The notes beneath the pieces are model-generated. The model had not been told where the DNA came from. It made no database searches and worked only from the letters and a program-made list of their open reading frames with translations. A stretch of DNA of 35,913 nt, taken from the NCBI RefSeq assembly GCF_001194135.2, contig NC_068988.1, positions 28,924,716 to 28,960,628 of the forward strand. The letters run 5' to 3'. The translations under genes were made by a program, and so were the position numbers. The DNA comes from Octopus bimaculoides. Its lineage: Eukaryota. Positions 22,506 through 35,787 of the stretch are shown here, one piece after another (positions within the stretch are counted from its first letter, which is position 1; every line of letters begins with the position of its first letter).

Positions 22506-22634
22506 GTATCTTACCTATTGCACTGATAACAAAACTGCATCTTCTCTCTGTCACTTCCACACTAAATACATAGAAATTCACTACTCTCACCAATCCCGCC
22601 ATGTTACATCATGTGCTATTATTTCTTGTTAGAG

Positions 22635-22869
22635 CAGGCGGCGAGCTAGCAGAATCGTTAGCACGCCGGGCGAAATGCTTAATGGTATTTCGTCTGCCGC
22701 AAAGCTCTGAGTTCGAATTCCGCCGAGGTCGACCTTGTCTTTCATCCTTTTGGGTCTAAAAATTAAGTACCAGTCAAGTACTGGAGTCGTTGTGATCGAC
22801 TATTTCCTCTCCCAAAATTTCAGGCCTTGTGCCTATAGTAGAAAGCATTATTATTATTATTATTATTAT
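22635..22869 (+). mobile_element. SINE-A, tail 2, with an (ATT)n tail
   Basis: Full head, then ggccttgtgcctatagtagaaagc(att)n. Confidence 0.9.
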
Positions 22870-23109
22870 CGAATTTTGTCTTAAGAGTTACAGCTATTGT
22901 CATAATGCAGAAACAGAAGTAGGAGACAGTTCTCCTAGCATAATAATCTATCTTATTATCTCAGTCATTTGAAACTTTTACTTACTGTTTGAAAATACTT
23001 TCTCATGTCTTGTTATAGACGTGTGCGTACGTATTAGGGGCTGGAGATGACACATGAGAAAAAGCGGTGTTTATTTGTAAGTAAAAATAAGTTATTTACA
23101 GAAGTCCTT

Positions 23110-23450
23110 TGTTTCGAGGTTTAGGTTGATTCTTAAATGATGATAAAGGTCCTTTTGTCAAGGAAGCTGGCGTTTATTGAGCTTGAGGAAGTAAGATAGC
23201 TTGCAAATCGTGCAATGTATAAACGCACTCTTTATAATATCTTGAGGATTTTAATGATTTGGATATTGCGATGCTGAACTCTTCTCAGTTGAGGATAGTA
23301 GAGGATTTCCTTCAAATGCGTTGGGTGTGATCCTTTTAAAATTTAGATGGTGTACAGCAGAGAGGGGGAACCCCTAAGTGTTCGACTAATTGTGGTTTAC
23401 GGCTGTGTGAAGAAATACTGATGCAGAGGGATATTGCAAGGAAGCTGGTA
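23110..23450 (-). mobile_element. Highly decayed Penelope-like RT C-terminal fragment
   Basis: Frameshifted RKP, SHPTHLKEI and LLSSTE/EEFSIAISKSLKSSRY parallel the motifs at 3990-4160. Confidence 0.45.
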
Positions 23451-23508
23451 CTGGTTATCTGCTTAAGTGCTTTGGGTAGCTCATTTACTTCATATGTATC
23501 CTGTCTTT

Positions 23509-23894
23509 GTGGAGGCGCAATGGCCCAGTAGTTAGGGCAGCGGACTCGCGGTCATAGGATCGCGGTTTCGATTCCCAGACCGTGCGTTGTGAGTGTTTAT
23601 TGAGCGAAAACACCTAAAGCTCCACGAAGCTCCGGTAGGGGATGGTGGCGAACCTTGCTGTACTCTTTCACCACAACTTTCTCTCACTCTTACTTCCTGT
23701 TTCTGTTGTACCTGTAATTCAAAGGGTCAGCCTTGTCACACTGTGTCACGCTGAATATCCCCCGAGAACTACGTTAAGGGTACACGTGTCTGTGGAATGC
23801 TCAGCTACTTGCACGTTAATTTCCCGAGCAGGCTGTTCCGTTGATCGGATCAACTGGAACCCTCGACGTCGTAAGCGACGGAGTGCCAACAACA
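23509..23894 (+). mobile_element. SINE-B, full length (about 386 bp), tRNA-derived head, (CAA)n tail
   Basis: A-box tggcccagtagttagg, B-box ggtttcgattccc. TSD atcctgtcttt 23498-23508 vs atcatgtcttt 23895-23905. Confidence 0.9.
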
Positions 23895-24429
23895 ATCATG
23901 TCTTTCTCTTTTGACCTTTCTTAAAAAGCCTGTATAACCAACGAAACGAATGTTAGAGTTAAATAATCGATTTAACGCCGAACTTTAAAGAGTTAACAGA
24001 ATTACATCATGGCGACTTCATCATGAAATATTGTTTCTAAATATGTCGTTTTTATTTTTATAGATGCATTTCTTCATCATAAATTTCTTACTGATGATGA
24101 TTTCTGCTACACAAAGCAGGTATCTCTCCCTGGTCTTATTTATTGTCCAGATATCTGTACGCGATAACTTCAATTTCCTATGCATATTAACTGTCATATT
24201 CGAATGTTGTCGCTGCAGCCAACAACAGTTTAAAATATTTATCATATTTGCTGCATATTAATCTCGTCTTTCCCGGTCAGAATGGCGCAGGTATTGAATA
24301 TGTCGTTAAATGTGAATAAATATCACTGAATTAAAACTAATGTGTCACCAATTTTAAGTTAACCTACAGTGAAAAGAAAGATCATTAGTGCTAATATGTC
24401 TTTTTGCAAGGAAAGTAGAGAGAAAGTGA

Positions 24430-24540
<111 letters not shown>

Positions 24541-24611
24541 AACTGACGATTACATTGATAAAAGTTTGAATTTATCATTAATGTTCAAAACTCAGCATTA
24601 AATATGTAGTT

Positions 24612-24801
24612 AAGGTGGTGAGCCGTTAGGAAGCTGGACAAAATGTTTAACAACATTTCATCCGTCTTTGCATTCTGAGTTCAATTTTCGCCGAGGTCGA
24701 CTTTGTCTTTCATCCTTTCGTGGGTCGATGAAATAGCTACTAGTTAAGAAATAGGGTCAAGGTAATCATCTTCCCCTGGCACTGTGCCAAAATTTGAAAC
24801 C
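24612..24801 (+). mobile_element. SINE-A, tail 3, diverged
   Basis: B-box, central domain, ctgtgccaaaatttgaaacc tail. Confidence 0.8.
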
Positions 24802-25934
24802 CTTACCAAATATGTAGACTAGTAATATAAATAATCTCAAAAAATTGCTAACGAGCTTTTACAAATACTCTCATTAACAGTCACTGCCGAAGACAGAAAA
24901 TAATTTCTTAACATTGCAATACGACGTGACAAGTGTAGAATATGTAACTATTGAACTGACACTAATATTTTGTCCAACAGTCTTAAATTACTGTGCTTTT
25001 TCACCTTCTATTCCTGACATTTACACCCAATTTCGCCACCAAATCAAAACTTCTCACGTTAGATCCTTAGTTGCTTTTCATTCTCTTGTGCGAAATCGAA
25101 TTACAAAATGCAATACTCTTTCAAATACAATCCCGACCTCGGTGAACTGTCTCAGCATAAATACTGAAAGCGAGAGCGGAATATTTTCATTACATTCTTA
25201 CAGCATGTACCCTAAATCAACTTCCTTTGTGCTTTTAACTGCTTTTTTGTAATTTTCGTTTTACAGTCAATAATAATGTTCCAAGTTGGAGTATTATCAA
25301 ATTTTAAAGCGTGAAATAAGACTCAGTTCGATTTTATATGTATTTATTTATTAATTCCTTTTTCGTTCAATCATTGTACATAAAGGAAATTACTGAAAGA
25401 TATTTTCGGAGAATTCCAGATTTCCGCCACAACATTTAATTCGTGTACAGTGTAGCTTCATTAACAATATAAGGATTTCACTGAATGAACTGACCTTCCG
25501 CTTTTCTCCAAGAATTTTCTTTTACGAGTCAAGGAAAAGGCCTCCACACGATCATTTCCTTGGCTAGAAATAGCAATCAAATTTATTTCACAACCAATCG
25601 TTTTTAAAAAAGGAAGTTAACGTTAACATGGATATTATTAAAACGTCGAGAAATGACGAAATTCGATTGGGTTTCTCGATCAAACTTGACCTGATGAACA
25701 TTGTTGTGTTTGCTGATGTTTGTCTTGATAGACAACAGTAACATCAGCAATAAACAAATCTTATAAGATAAATACGCAGATAATATAAATTCTGTTTCAA
25801 ACACTTATCGAAAAGCTTGAAATAAAATGCAGAAAGGAATCATCGAGCTGTTGTTATAGAGTGTACATGTGGGTAACTGTGTAAACACACACATATATAA
25901 ATACAACGACAGCTCGATCGATTATTATTTCTAT

Positions 25935-25956
25935 GTGCGTGTGTGTGTATGTGTGT

Positions 25957-26008
<52 letters not shown>

Positions 26009-26024
26009 NNNNNNNNNNNNNNNN

Positions 26025-26062
<38 letters not shown>
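25935..26062. repeat. (GT)n and (GA)n around a small gap
   Basis: Direct reading. Confidence 0.95.
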
Positions 26063-26065
<3 letters not shown>

Positions 26066-26530
26066 TAATAATTATTGGTGATACTGTTAGGAAAACAAAT
26101 TTTCTGTGAGCGAAACGAAGTCAACTTTGTCCAAAGTGACTTATTAAATTACACACACACACATGCACACACACACACATGCACACACACACACATGCAC
26201 ACACACACACCACACAAGCAGCCTTTCATATGCATCTATGCTTTTTGTTGCTGTTTCACTCAATTGACCAGATCAAAGGCCTTCCAACCACGACATTTGT
26301 AACTCCCCTTTCTTTTTCAAGCATCCTCTACTCTCCATACTAAGTCATTTATCAGCACTTATCCTTTTAAGACAGTAGTTTAAGACATGACTTTACTATT
26401 CATTACTCCCTGGTGAATAGTGCCCTTTACTATTCATTACTTTTCATTATTCCCTGATGAATAGAAATATTTCAAGTTCTTATTTCATTTCTCGTATATC
26501 TAGAATAACACACGCACACACACGCACGCA

Positions 26531-26626
26531 CACAAACGCGCACGCACACAAACGCGCACGCAAACAAACGCGCACGCACATAAACGCGCACGCACACAAA
26601 CGCGCACGCACACAAACGCGCACGCA
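26531..26626. repeat. 16-bp minisatellite CACAAACGCGCACGCA x6
   Basis: Six units, two single substitutions. Confidence 0.95.
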
Positions 26627-26710
26627 CACACATACATAACTTGTGAAGGATACAATATAGACAACTTACCGTAAGCTTACCAGTAAGCTACCATTCATTT
26701 TATTATCCGA

Positions 26711-26755
<45 letters not shown>

Positions 26756-26855
26756 NNNNNNNNNNNNNNNNNNNNNNNNNNNNNNNNNNNNNNNNNNNNN
26801 NNNNNNNNNNNNNNNNNNNNNNNNNNNNNNNNNNNNNNNNNNNNNNNNNNNNNNN

Positions 26856-26905
26856 CTCCAGCATGGCCGCAGTCAAATGACTAAAACAAGTAAAAGAATA
26901 AAAAA
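26856..26905 (+). mobile_element. SINE-C-type 3' tail emerging from a gap
   Basis: ctccagcatggccgcagtcaaatgactaaaacaagtaaaaga is the reverse complement of about 19862-19903. Confidence 0.8.
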
Positions 26906-29473
26906 GAAACAAAAACAAATTCAACCATCTGTGTGATAGCTTATAATGCGTTAAAGAGCCGATTTATTGATATTTGAAAGTTCCATTCTAAAATAAGAAA
27001 CAGAATACACAATAATTTCCCTTCAGCATCAAATGCAGGGACCTGGTTTCTTATCTAGTGAGACATCCCTTGAAAATAAATAAATTGAAGACACCCTGGG
27101 CAAGAAGGAATCGTCTGGAGCAAGCAATATGCAAAACTTAATTTTTCAGAAGATATCGAATCTGCTGCATATTTTTAATGATCCTTGGCATAGCTTTTGA
27201 TTTGATATTAAATTTACATTTCTCCTTCTCTATCATTGGTGTTGTGTAGCTTCGGGATATTCATAATCGAGCAGAACTAGATGGTTGGCCAAATGCCCGA
27301 TATGTAATTCTGTCTTCATTATATGATTAACTGATTGGCGATTCCGAAATAAGAAAAAAAGATAAGAAATAACACCGGTTACGAACACCCTGTTTACAAA
27401 CTTTTACATGGTTAGTAACATAACGGTGAGTCTTTTATATAAAATGCACATAGTACATTCTTCGAAATGGGATGTTTAACGAAAATTTAAACTTAAGATG
27501 AATTTTCAGAATTCACCCTACGGACATATCTTTGAGCGCAATTTATAACGAAGAGTAACTCTATTTCTCGCATCAATCGCCTAAACTCTATTAATTTATT
27601 TCGCTGAGATTTTAATCAGGATCGAATACAGGTAATTGAACAATTACTACACAATACACGTTCTAAAACTAGATATATGTAGCATGTCAAAAGCCTATAT
27701 TTACTTAATCAAACAAATTGTAGCCAAATCTTTCTGGAATCAGACAGCAGTGTCTTAAACAAGGAGAGAATATTTGTAGTTATAGAAATTCCTAAAAAGG
27801 GAGGTAGGCTACGGTTGGAATGCTTCGGTTATAGGTCGCTTCAATAACGTCTGATCTGGAGCTAAACAACAATAAAAGCACCTTAGACTTTACGTATATT
27901 GTTTCGTTTTGCTCTAATAGAAATATATTCTATACAAGAGATAATTTTACTAATTCCTTTTCTATGCAATAAGGAGTCCTGATAGGGCACTGAAACATTT
28001 CGTTTCCCATGATGCATTTAATAGCGGTTTTGCCCCAGATGCCCTTAGAGGCGAGAAAACTATGTGACATTTTAACTGCCACAACGAAATATGCACGATG
28101 TGTGGTTCGAAAAATCTTGCGCCTGTTGGGCGAAAATTCCTGACTTGTGCGTGACTTAATCTTAAGAGCAGTATCGTCTACACTCTGCTAAGTCTCCAAT
28201 AATTCCTGCATCCAATATCATTCACATTTTTAAGATCTGAATCATCTGGGTCCAGCAGTAAAACAGAATATCTGGAGATGAAACTGTTTCTATGAGTTGG
28301 AGTTTGTGAGGAAACCGTCTGTGGGTCTCCTCTCCGATATTTCTCGCAGGGTTGCTCCCCTTATTCTCCTTCTATCCTCAACAATTTCATGATCGGGAGG
28401 CTGTTTTGCCCTGGATGGTTTGTCAATGGCTATAAATTTGGTGTTTTCCATCTCCTGGGCAGATATTTTAATTTGAACTAAGTGCTCATCGCTTACTGTA
28501 GTATTACTGCAGTATTGATCACCGATTCGAGTCCGCACACAACACACTATTAAGCACATAGTATAACACAGCGTTGTAATGTTTCTCATAAAGATAGATA
28601 CGAAGAGAATGATCAAGGAATTAGATAATTGGTGATGACGATATGATCGAAAAACTTCTATACCTTGATTTCATTCTGTTCTTTAACAAGAGCAGGTCAT
28701 AAAATCTGTAGCAACATTTGTCAATTATAAACTGTTCTCGCGGATTATACCGATAAGACTGTTTAACAACGCACTTCATCTATCTGGTTAAGCCAGGACA
28801 TTTTAGCCCCATGTTTTATATGATAGACACATCATAATGCCAATGAATCGATACGAACTGAGTATCTTCCTTTCCACTGATGATTCAATGTTTTATTTCC
28901 TGTTTTATTAGCTTCTAGCCATCAATGAAATATATTTAGGTATTTTTTATTTATTTATTTATGTATAATGGGGTGGGTTGGAGATGAACGTGATTTGTGA
29001 CAAATCAAAAATTATTTTTGGTTAATTACTTTAAGTTTGATAGCCTGCACTAAATTATCTATTCTTCATATAGAATGCCCCTTAGAAAATTTTGCAATAT
29101 CAGTAGAAATGACCATTTATTATCATCGCAGCAGGTTTTGTTCTTTTGTTCGTTCCTGCGTTTTTTTTTGTGTGTTTTCCTTGGAAGGAAACCAAAGAGC
29201 ACAAAGCGTTGGCTCAAATTGAAATATTCCATAACTCTCGCCCGAATCTGATCTCTTCATTAAGTCTTTGGCAGCAAAATTAAGTCTCATTCATCGTTTA
29301 TTCATATTTTCATTATAAACCAAACGTTTCAAATTTATCAGTTTAATCTATTCTTCTACTTTATGAGATGACAATTGATAATTACTTTTAGTGAGAGTAA
29401 TTATCAATTTTCATGAACTGTCGTCTAACATCGCGTCTTGAATTATTTCAATGTTCTATATTTACAGGAAGCC

Positions 29474-29581
29474 GTTTCCGGATATCGTGCTCATCAGTGC
29501 AAAGTGCTGATAATTAGCTAATGAAATCTCATTAATTCAATTATCCAGCATTTTGCACTGATGAGAATGATATCTATAAAC
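29474..29581. repeat. Hairpin of about 108 bp; each arm carries a CTGATGAG...AAAC hammerhead-like core
   Basis: Arms 29474-29515 and 29539-29581 match at about 36 of 43 positions. Inner taatga/tcatta stem. Confidence 0.75.
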
Positions 29582-29875
29582 ACTCCCTACAAATATAGGT
29601 AGTTAAACATACTTGAAAATTTACTGTCTTATATATACATATATACATGCATACATACATGCAAACACACACCTATGTATATCGTACAAGTACACAGCAT
29701 TGATGGTACACCACATTTCAACTCATTTAAACGATGTTGTGGTTTATTATTGTTTAGTCTCAGGTCAACCCAGATCGGTCAGACCAAAGGCATTCCAGTT
29801 ATGAGTTTCTTCTATGTGTAGACGTATGTAGAACTACATTATTTAATCTTAGCGAAATAATTAGATGCAATAATG

Positions 29876-29876
29876 T

Positions 29877-29919
<43 letters not shown>

Positions 29920-29946
29920 CACACACAAACATACTCTCTCTCACTA

Positions 29947-30003
<57 letters not shown>
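29876..30003. repeat. (CA)n/(CT)n compound microsatellite
   Basis: Direct reading. Confidence 0.95.
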
Positions 30004-30006
<3 letters not shown>

Positions 30007-30028
30007 GTATATATGTATGTTTACGTCG

Positions 30029-30106
30029 CACCTAAATGTCATCTACTCGGGTCGAAGAAAACCTTGTGAGTGGATTTGGTGGACGGAAAGTGTTGGAAGA
30101 AATATC
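30029..30106 (+). mobile_element. SINE-C internal fragment
   Basis: ccttgtgagtggatttggtggacggaaa matches the SINE-C body. Confidence 0.6.
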
Positions 30107-31334
30107 GCAAAACACTTTTCTTGCACTCTAACGTGATAAATAACAGACATGCAGCAATTGTTCCAGCTGACTAAGCCGCTATAAACAACAAAGGATTGAT
30201 TGTCTCGGATTGAATAACATGGATATAGAAACATCGCTCTAAAAAAATGAAATGAAATGAATTCGGCATCACTAAACATAGCAAACATTAAGAACAAATA
30301 AATGTGAAAAATAATGTTCTTAGGATCCCAGTAAATTCAACTGATTATCATTTTAGTATGACACATTTATATTGAGATTCTAACATAAAATATATTATTT
30401 ATATAATGATCAGTATGTGTGTAGACAAAAGGCAAAACAAGAAAACATTCAAGACGGACATAGTAAACGAAAACGTAGCTTTAATTGCAGATAATATGAA
30501 AAGATTCTAATGTTACGACAGATTGCTTTTTACGACTTACATATCATTATTACACACGGCAGTGTGTTGGTTGAATTATATATAGATCGTGCGGAAATAC
30601 GAAACACATTAACATTTGGAGCAAAGAAGACAAAACGCAAAGAACTTCAAATAAAAACAACTCTTTTCAAAAACAGATCAGCAATTTTGGGGGATATTGC
30701 TAAAGTAGCAAATGATGCGATGTGTAATAAATTTCGTAACAAGAATATCATGTGAATTTGATATGAAAATAAAGGTGAGAATAAGCAGACTGCTTAGTGT
30801 GTGGGATAAAACGTGTTATATGTTCTGAGTCTTCTATATCTGAGTTCAAATGATGCCAAAGTCAACTTCGTGTTTTATTCTTTCGTGGTACCAATTCAAG
30901 GTTAACAGAACAGTTAGGGGATCGGGAGAGATGCCTTGTGATATCTGACAACAATACTTGCGAAGGCACCGGTATCAAGGTGCTGGTGGCCTTTTCTTTG
31001 GTTTCATACCAAAGAGAGGAAACTTCAGTGTATAGACAAAGTCCAGTGTCCCTAAAATTTCTTCTCCCTGTTTTTGCATGCATACGGTGTCATTCTATTA
31101 TATCTTTTTCCTTGTTTGTTGAAGTATGCTTCAATTATCTTCAAACAAATAATTTGGTACGAATATGTAAAAATGATTTTCTTCTATTTGAAGGTTTAAA
31201 ATCAATAAATCAATCGACGTTTTTTTATTGCTATTCAGTTTGTGAAATTCAACGATAAAAATAATCCAAACAAATGTATGTGTACAAATACAGGAAGATA
31301 TAAAAGATGTTCGCTGTTATAACCATAGCAAGCT

Positions 31335-31547
31335 GTGGTGAGCAGGCAGACACGTTAGCCTGCCGGGAAAAAATGCTTAGTGGCATTTCATCCGTCTTTA
31401 TGTTCTGAGTTCAAATTCCGCCTAGGTCGACTTTACCTTACCTCCTTTCGGGGTCGATGAAATAAGTACCAGTTGAGCACTGGGGTGAATCTAATCAATT
31501 TACCCCGTCCCCCGAACTTACTAGCCTTGTCCTAAAATTTGAAACCA
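31335..31547 (+). mobile_element. SINE-A, tail 3, full length, diverged
   Basis: Head, central domain, agccttgtcctaaaatttgaaacc tail. Confidence 0.88.
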
Positions 31548-32070
31548 ATATTATACACACAGTATGTTATGGAAAGCACCTTTTGAGTCAGATAATCAGA
31601 GAAAGTCGGGAAATGGCATTCTGGCCATGTAGGTGAAAGGATGCGGAGGACTAAAATGTTTGACAATCACTCATCTAGATTATTCTGTAGTAGTACTATN
31701 NNNNNNNNNNNNNNNNNNNNNNNNNNNNNNNNNNNNNNNNNNNNNNNNNNNNNNNNNNNNNNNNNNNNNNNNNNNNNNNNNNNNNNNNNNNNNNNNNNNN
31801 NNNNNNNNNNNNNNNNNNNNNNNNNNNNNNNNNNNNNNNNNNNNNNNNNNNNNNNNNNNNNNNNNNNNNNNNNNNNNNNNNNNNNNNNNNNNNNNNNNNN
31901 NNNNNNNNNNNNNNNNNNNNNNNNNNNNNNNNNNNNNNNNNNNNNNNNNNNNNNNNNNNNNNNNNNNNNNNNNNNNNNNNNNNNNNNNNNNNNNNNNNNN
32001 NNNNNNNNNNNNNNNNNNNNNNNNNNNNNNNNNNNNNNNNNNNNNNNNNNNNNNNNNNNNNNNNNNNNNN

Positions 32071-32162
32071 ATCAATGTGCCATTAATGCACCAACACAAA
32101 TTAGATTGAATAAGGAAACCTTCTTCATTCAAAAATATAAACCCAAACTCAACCATTGCTAA
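32071..32162 (+). mobile_element. Penelope-like GIY-YIG endonuclease C-terminus emerging from a gap
   Basis: QIRLNKETFFIQKYKPKLN matches the R..KE..FI....P.LN end motif. Confidence 0.6.
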
Positions 32163-33139
32163 CACTTTTAAATAAGGAAATTCACCTCACTGAGAGGAAA
32201 AAATTATAGAGCAAAACCTAACTTCGAAACCAAACCATGATAAATTAATCAAAATCTACCAACTTCTACATTTCGATTATCTCCCTTATACTGGAAGAAA
32301 TCCTTAATTACCTCCCCCTATCTAGAACTCTTTTATTTACAGACGGGAGCGTAGACATGTTACCATAAAGTAGAGAAATTTGAAAAGACAACACAAAACC
32401 GGTTATTTCTTCAAATACAATGGTTATATACCAAAAAAATTTTATAACATTTTTCTGACATATTTTAAATATATACTTTAACCATGTAACACAAGCCTTC
32501 TGTAGTTTTTTCACTCTTGTTTATCTTTNNNNNNNNNNTAACCATGTAACACAAGCCTTCTGTAGTTTTTTCACTCTTGTTTATCTTTTATACATCCAAC
32601 CACGTGCTTTCACATACCAATTTTCTCACCTATATATATATATATATATATATATACATACTTTCTCACTCTCTCTCGTTTTGCGACTAAAACGTTTTCT
32701 GCTTCGTTGAGTTAGTACTTGTCCACCCTGTCCTCAGATGTCCACGCATTCTACGAACACCAAACTAAATACTTTTTTCTTTCCTTCTAGTACAGGACTC
32801 TACTTTCAGAGAACTAAATTTTGGGATAGAGTAGATAGTTTCTTACTTTTCTCACAAGCATCATTTTACCAAATATCAGACTAAGCATCAGCTACCAGAC
32901 CAAAATATATTCTAAAACTTCCTTGACGTCATCATATAATCTAAAGGCCAGACGTACCCCGATCGCATACTACTTTTAATTTTAGATTTGATTGATTTAA
33001 ATTCCAGAGTGGTCTTCTCTGGCGGATATTTTCCTTCTCCACTATGATTATAATTTTAAATAAAGCTTTCTTCCCTCACTACGTTTAGTATACTGGTTCC
33101 CGCTCCACTATACTATGATATGTATACGTAATTATCAAT

Positions 33140-33500
33140 TTCAAGATCACCAACCATCAGCCAGGTGCACCCCCTTTGTTCAGGGGTCGGTAGGCCAAAA
33201 CTATCCAATTCCCTCTGTGCTGTGTTGCATGCATTCAATCAACCAGGCCCTTGTTACTGGACCCTTTTTTTGAAACGGTCTGTCCAAAAATGTGTTCGAT
33301 AGACTCTTGTTCTCTTTCCCTCTACACTTCCTTTCGGGATGGTCTTGGGGCAATGATTCGTGGTGCATCTTATGTCCAAAATATGATAGCTGTGTGAACT
33401 TGATTCTCGACAATGTTTATAATTGGAGTTACCGATTTTCTAGTACTGCAGTGTGCGTTACTCTGATATTCTAATGACACTTAATGACCTGAGTTGAGGG
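33140..33500 (-). mobile_element. RTE-clade LINE ORF C-terminal relic
   Basis: RIKFTQLSYFGHKMHHESL, then frameshifted GSVEGKRTR...WTDRFK, matching the L.YFGH...G.VEGKR.RGRP..W.D motif. Confidence 0.8.
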
Positions 33501-33873
33501 TGTTAGCTCTGATACTCAAAACCTCATCTACCTCCAAATGTAGATTTGAATTTGTCAGTTAAAAATATGTTGTGTCCGCACATCTTTTTTTTTTTTTAAG
33601 ATTTCAATTAGTGTTGCATAGTAAATCTCACTGAACGCTGTTTTATTTATTTATTTATTTATTTATCTATCTATTTATCTATTTATTTATCTATCTATCT
33701 TCCTATTTATTGTGTGTAGAGGCCATTATGTCTACAGCGGTATGATGTATCGTTTAATATCCCTGTCGATTTGAATTTGTTTTCTTGCTTTTAATCCCGA
33801 CCATTTTTTCTTATTCTTCTCCTATCGTTATCATTGAGTTTTACTACATTTTTATCCCGTTGTATACACAGAC

Positions 33874-33960
33874 ATGATTATGTATGTATGTATGTATGTA
33901 TGTATGTATGTATGTATGTATGTATGTATGCATGTGTGTGTGTATGTATGCATGTATGTA
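33874..33960. repeat. (TATG)n microsatellite
   Basis: Direct reading. Confidence 0.95.
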
Positions 33961-35692
33961 TATATAATTAACTATACATACTTGCGTGTGTGTGAATACA
34001 TATTTGAGCATGTATATGNNNNNNNNNNNNNNNNNNNNNNNNNNNNNNNNNNNNNNNNNNNNNNNNNNNNNNNNNNNNNNNNNNNNNNNNNNNNNNNNNN
34101 NNNNNNNNNNNNNNNNNNNNNNNNNNNNNNNNNNNNNNNNNNNNNNNNNNNNNNNNNNNNNNNNNNNNNNNNNNNNNNNNNNNNNNNNNNNNNNNNNNNN
34201 NNNNNNNNNNNNNNNNNNNNNNNNNNNNNNNNNNNNNNNNNNNNNNNNNNNNNNNNNNNNNNNNNNNNNNNNNNNNNNNNNNNNNNNNNNNNNNNNNNNN
34301 NNNNNNNNNNNNNNNNNNNNNNNNNNNNNNNNNNNNNNNNNNNNNNNNNNNNNNNNNNNNNNNNNNTGTATGTATGCATGTGTGTGTGTATGTAAGTGCG
34401 TGTAAACCTTTATGTGTGGTTGTTCAATCTTGTTTCTTTTATCGACGAGATTGAATAAATGTCAGCTTCAATCTGGTTATTCTTTCAAAATTGTTCTCTT
34501 ATTTACTCAATGTCGTTTAATGTTTTGACAATTCTGGTTACCCTCTTACTCCTCCGCACCCGCCTTCCATTTTCTTTCCTTTATAACACTCAGAACGTTA
34601 TCATTCATTTATTCTGAGATCAACAAGTTAAACTCTGTGGTTGAAATTCATAACAAATCGTTGTGCACGAAAATAAAAATAAAATTATTCAACTAATAAT
34701 AGAAATGTTTCACTTGCCTTAAACTTAATCGTTGTACGGTTTGAAATCATAGATTTTTGTTCTTGACAGCTGTTATAATAAAGTGATGCTGACGATAACG
34801 ATGTTTCTACAAGTCGAGAAGTCTTACACACCAGTTGAATAATGTTGGCACGTTTTACGATTTTTCACACTGGAGTAACGTTTCTATACAAAATATCTTT
34901 CCTGCATACACCCCATTTTGATCTTGTTTGAATCTTTTAATGTATTAAACATTAAATATTGTTATCCCTCGTTTAATTCACATCTGAGACATTTTGCTAC
35001 AGCGGTTTTGGCGCCGCCTATTTAGCGTTGCTAGTTCGATGCTGACATCAGACGATCTAATTTTTCTCTCGTTTCTCACCTTCTCTCTCTCTTTTCGCTC
35101 CTTCTCTCTGTTTATGTGTGTGAGCGTATTTCTCAATGTATCCAAGGAGAACGAAAGTGTTTATGTCAATCGTGTCCAATCAATAAATTGTAATGTCTCT
35201 CTCCCACACCCTTTTCCCCTTTCACACTGACTCTCTCTCTCACCCTCTCTGTTTCTACCTGTATATATGTGCGTGTGCTTGTGTATGTGTTTTCCTTTAA
35301 TGCCAAGAAGTACTGTTAACAAAACAGCTTCAATGTCAATTCAGCTGAGCCACATCGTCAGCGACCAAACAGCTACGCCCAAACGTCTCATTCTGGTTTA
35401 ATTCCCTATAGGGTTGACATCTCTGAATTATACATTTCGTTTTAGCTGTTGTTTTTCCCTACACCAACAAATCTATATTCGTTTCACTAAACATTTGAGT
35501 AAGTGACAGCTGTGGAAACTGGCTCAAATATATCGGTAATTTTCTCCCATATATCTTTCTGCCTTTTATCATTTACTTGTTTCAGTCACTGTAGCTATCC
35601 TGGCGCATCTACTGGAAAGGTTAGGTCGAGCTTATATAACCATTTAGAGGCTGGCAGCAATTGCTCGAGGTTTTCGGGCACAAGAAATCTTC

Positions 35693-35767
<75 letters not shown>

Positions 35768-35787
35768 GATCTATCTATCTATCTATC
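35693..35787. repeat. (TATC)n microsatellite
   Basis: Direct reading. Confidence 0.95.

Noticed and set aside
23511-23585. tRNA-like A and B boxes (also in SINE-A and SINE-C heads)
   Set aside because: They are SINE heads. There is no complete cloverleaf, and they continue into repeat bodies.
28290-28616. 108-aa minus ORF with DKPSR...EDRRRIR, faintly like a Tc1/mariner N-terminus
   Set aside because: The similarity is too short, and no DDE motif or TIRs were found. A profile search would be needed.
32479-32588. Perfect 50-bp direct duplication
   Set aside because: The copies flank a 10-N gap (32529-32538), typical of unmerged contig overlap.
35002-35034. GC hairpin followed by CTAG-T, a possible second Helitron end
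   Set aside because: Only a 4-5 bp stem, a longer spacer and no other support.
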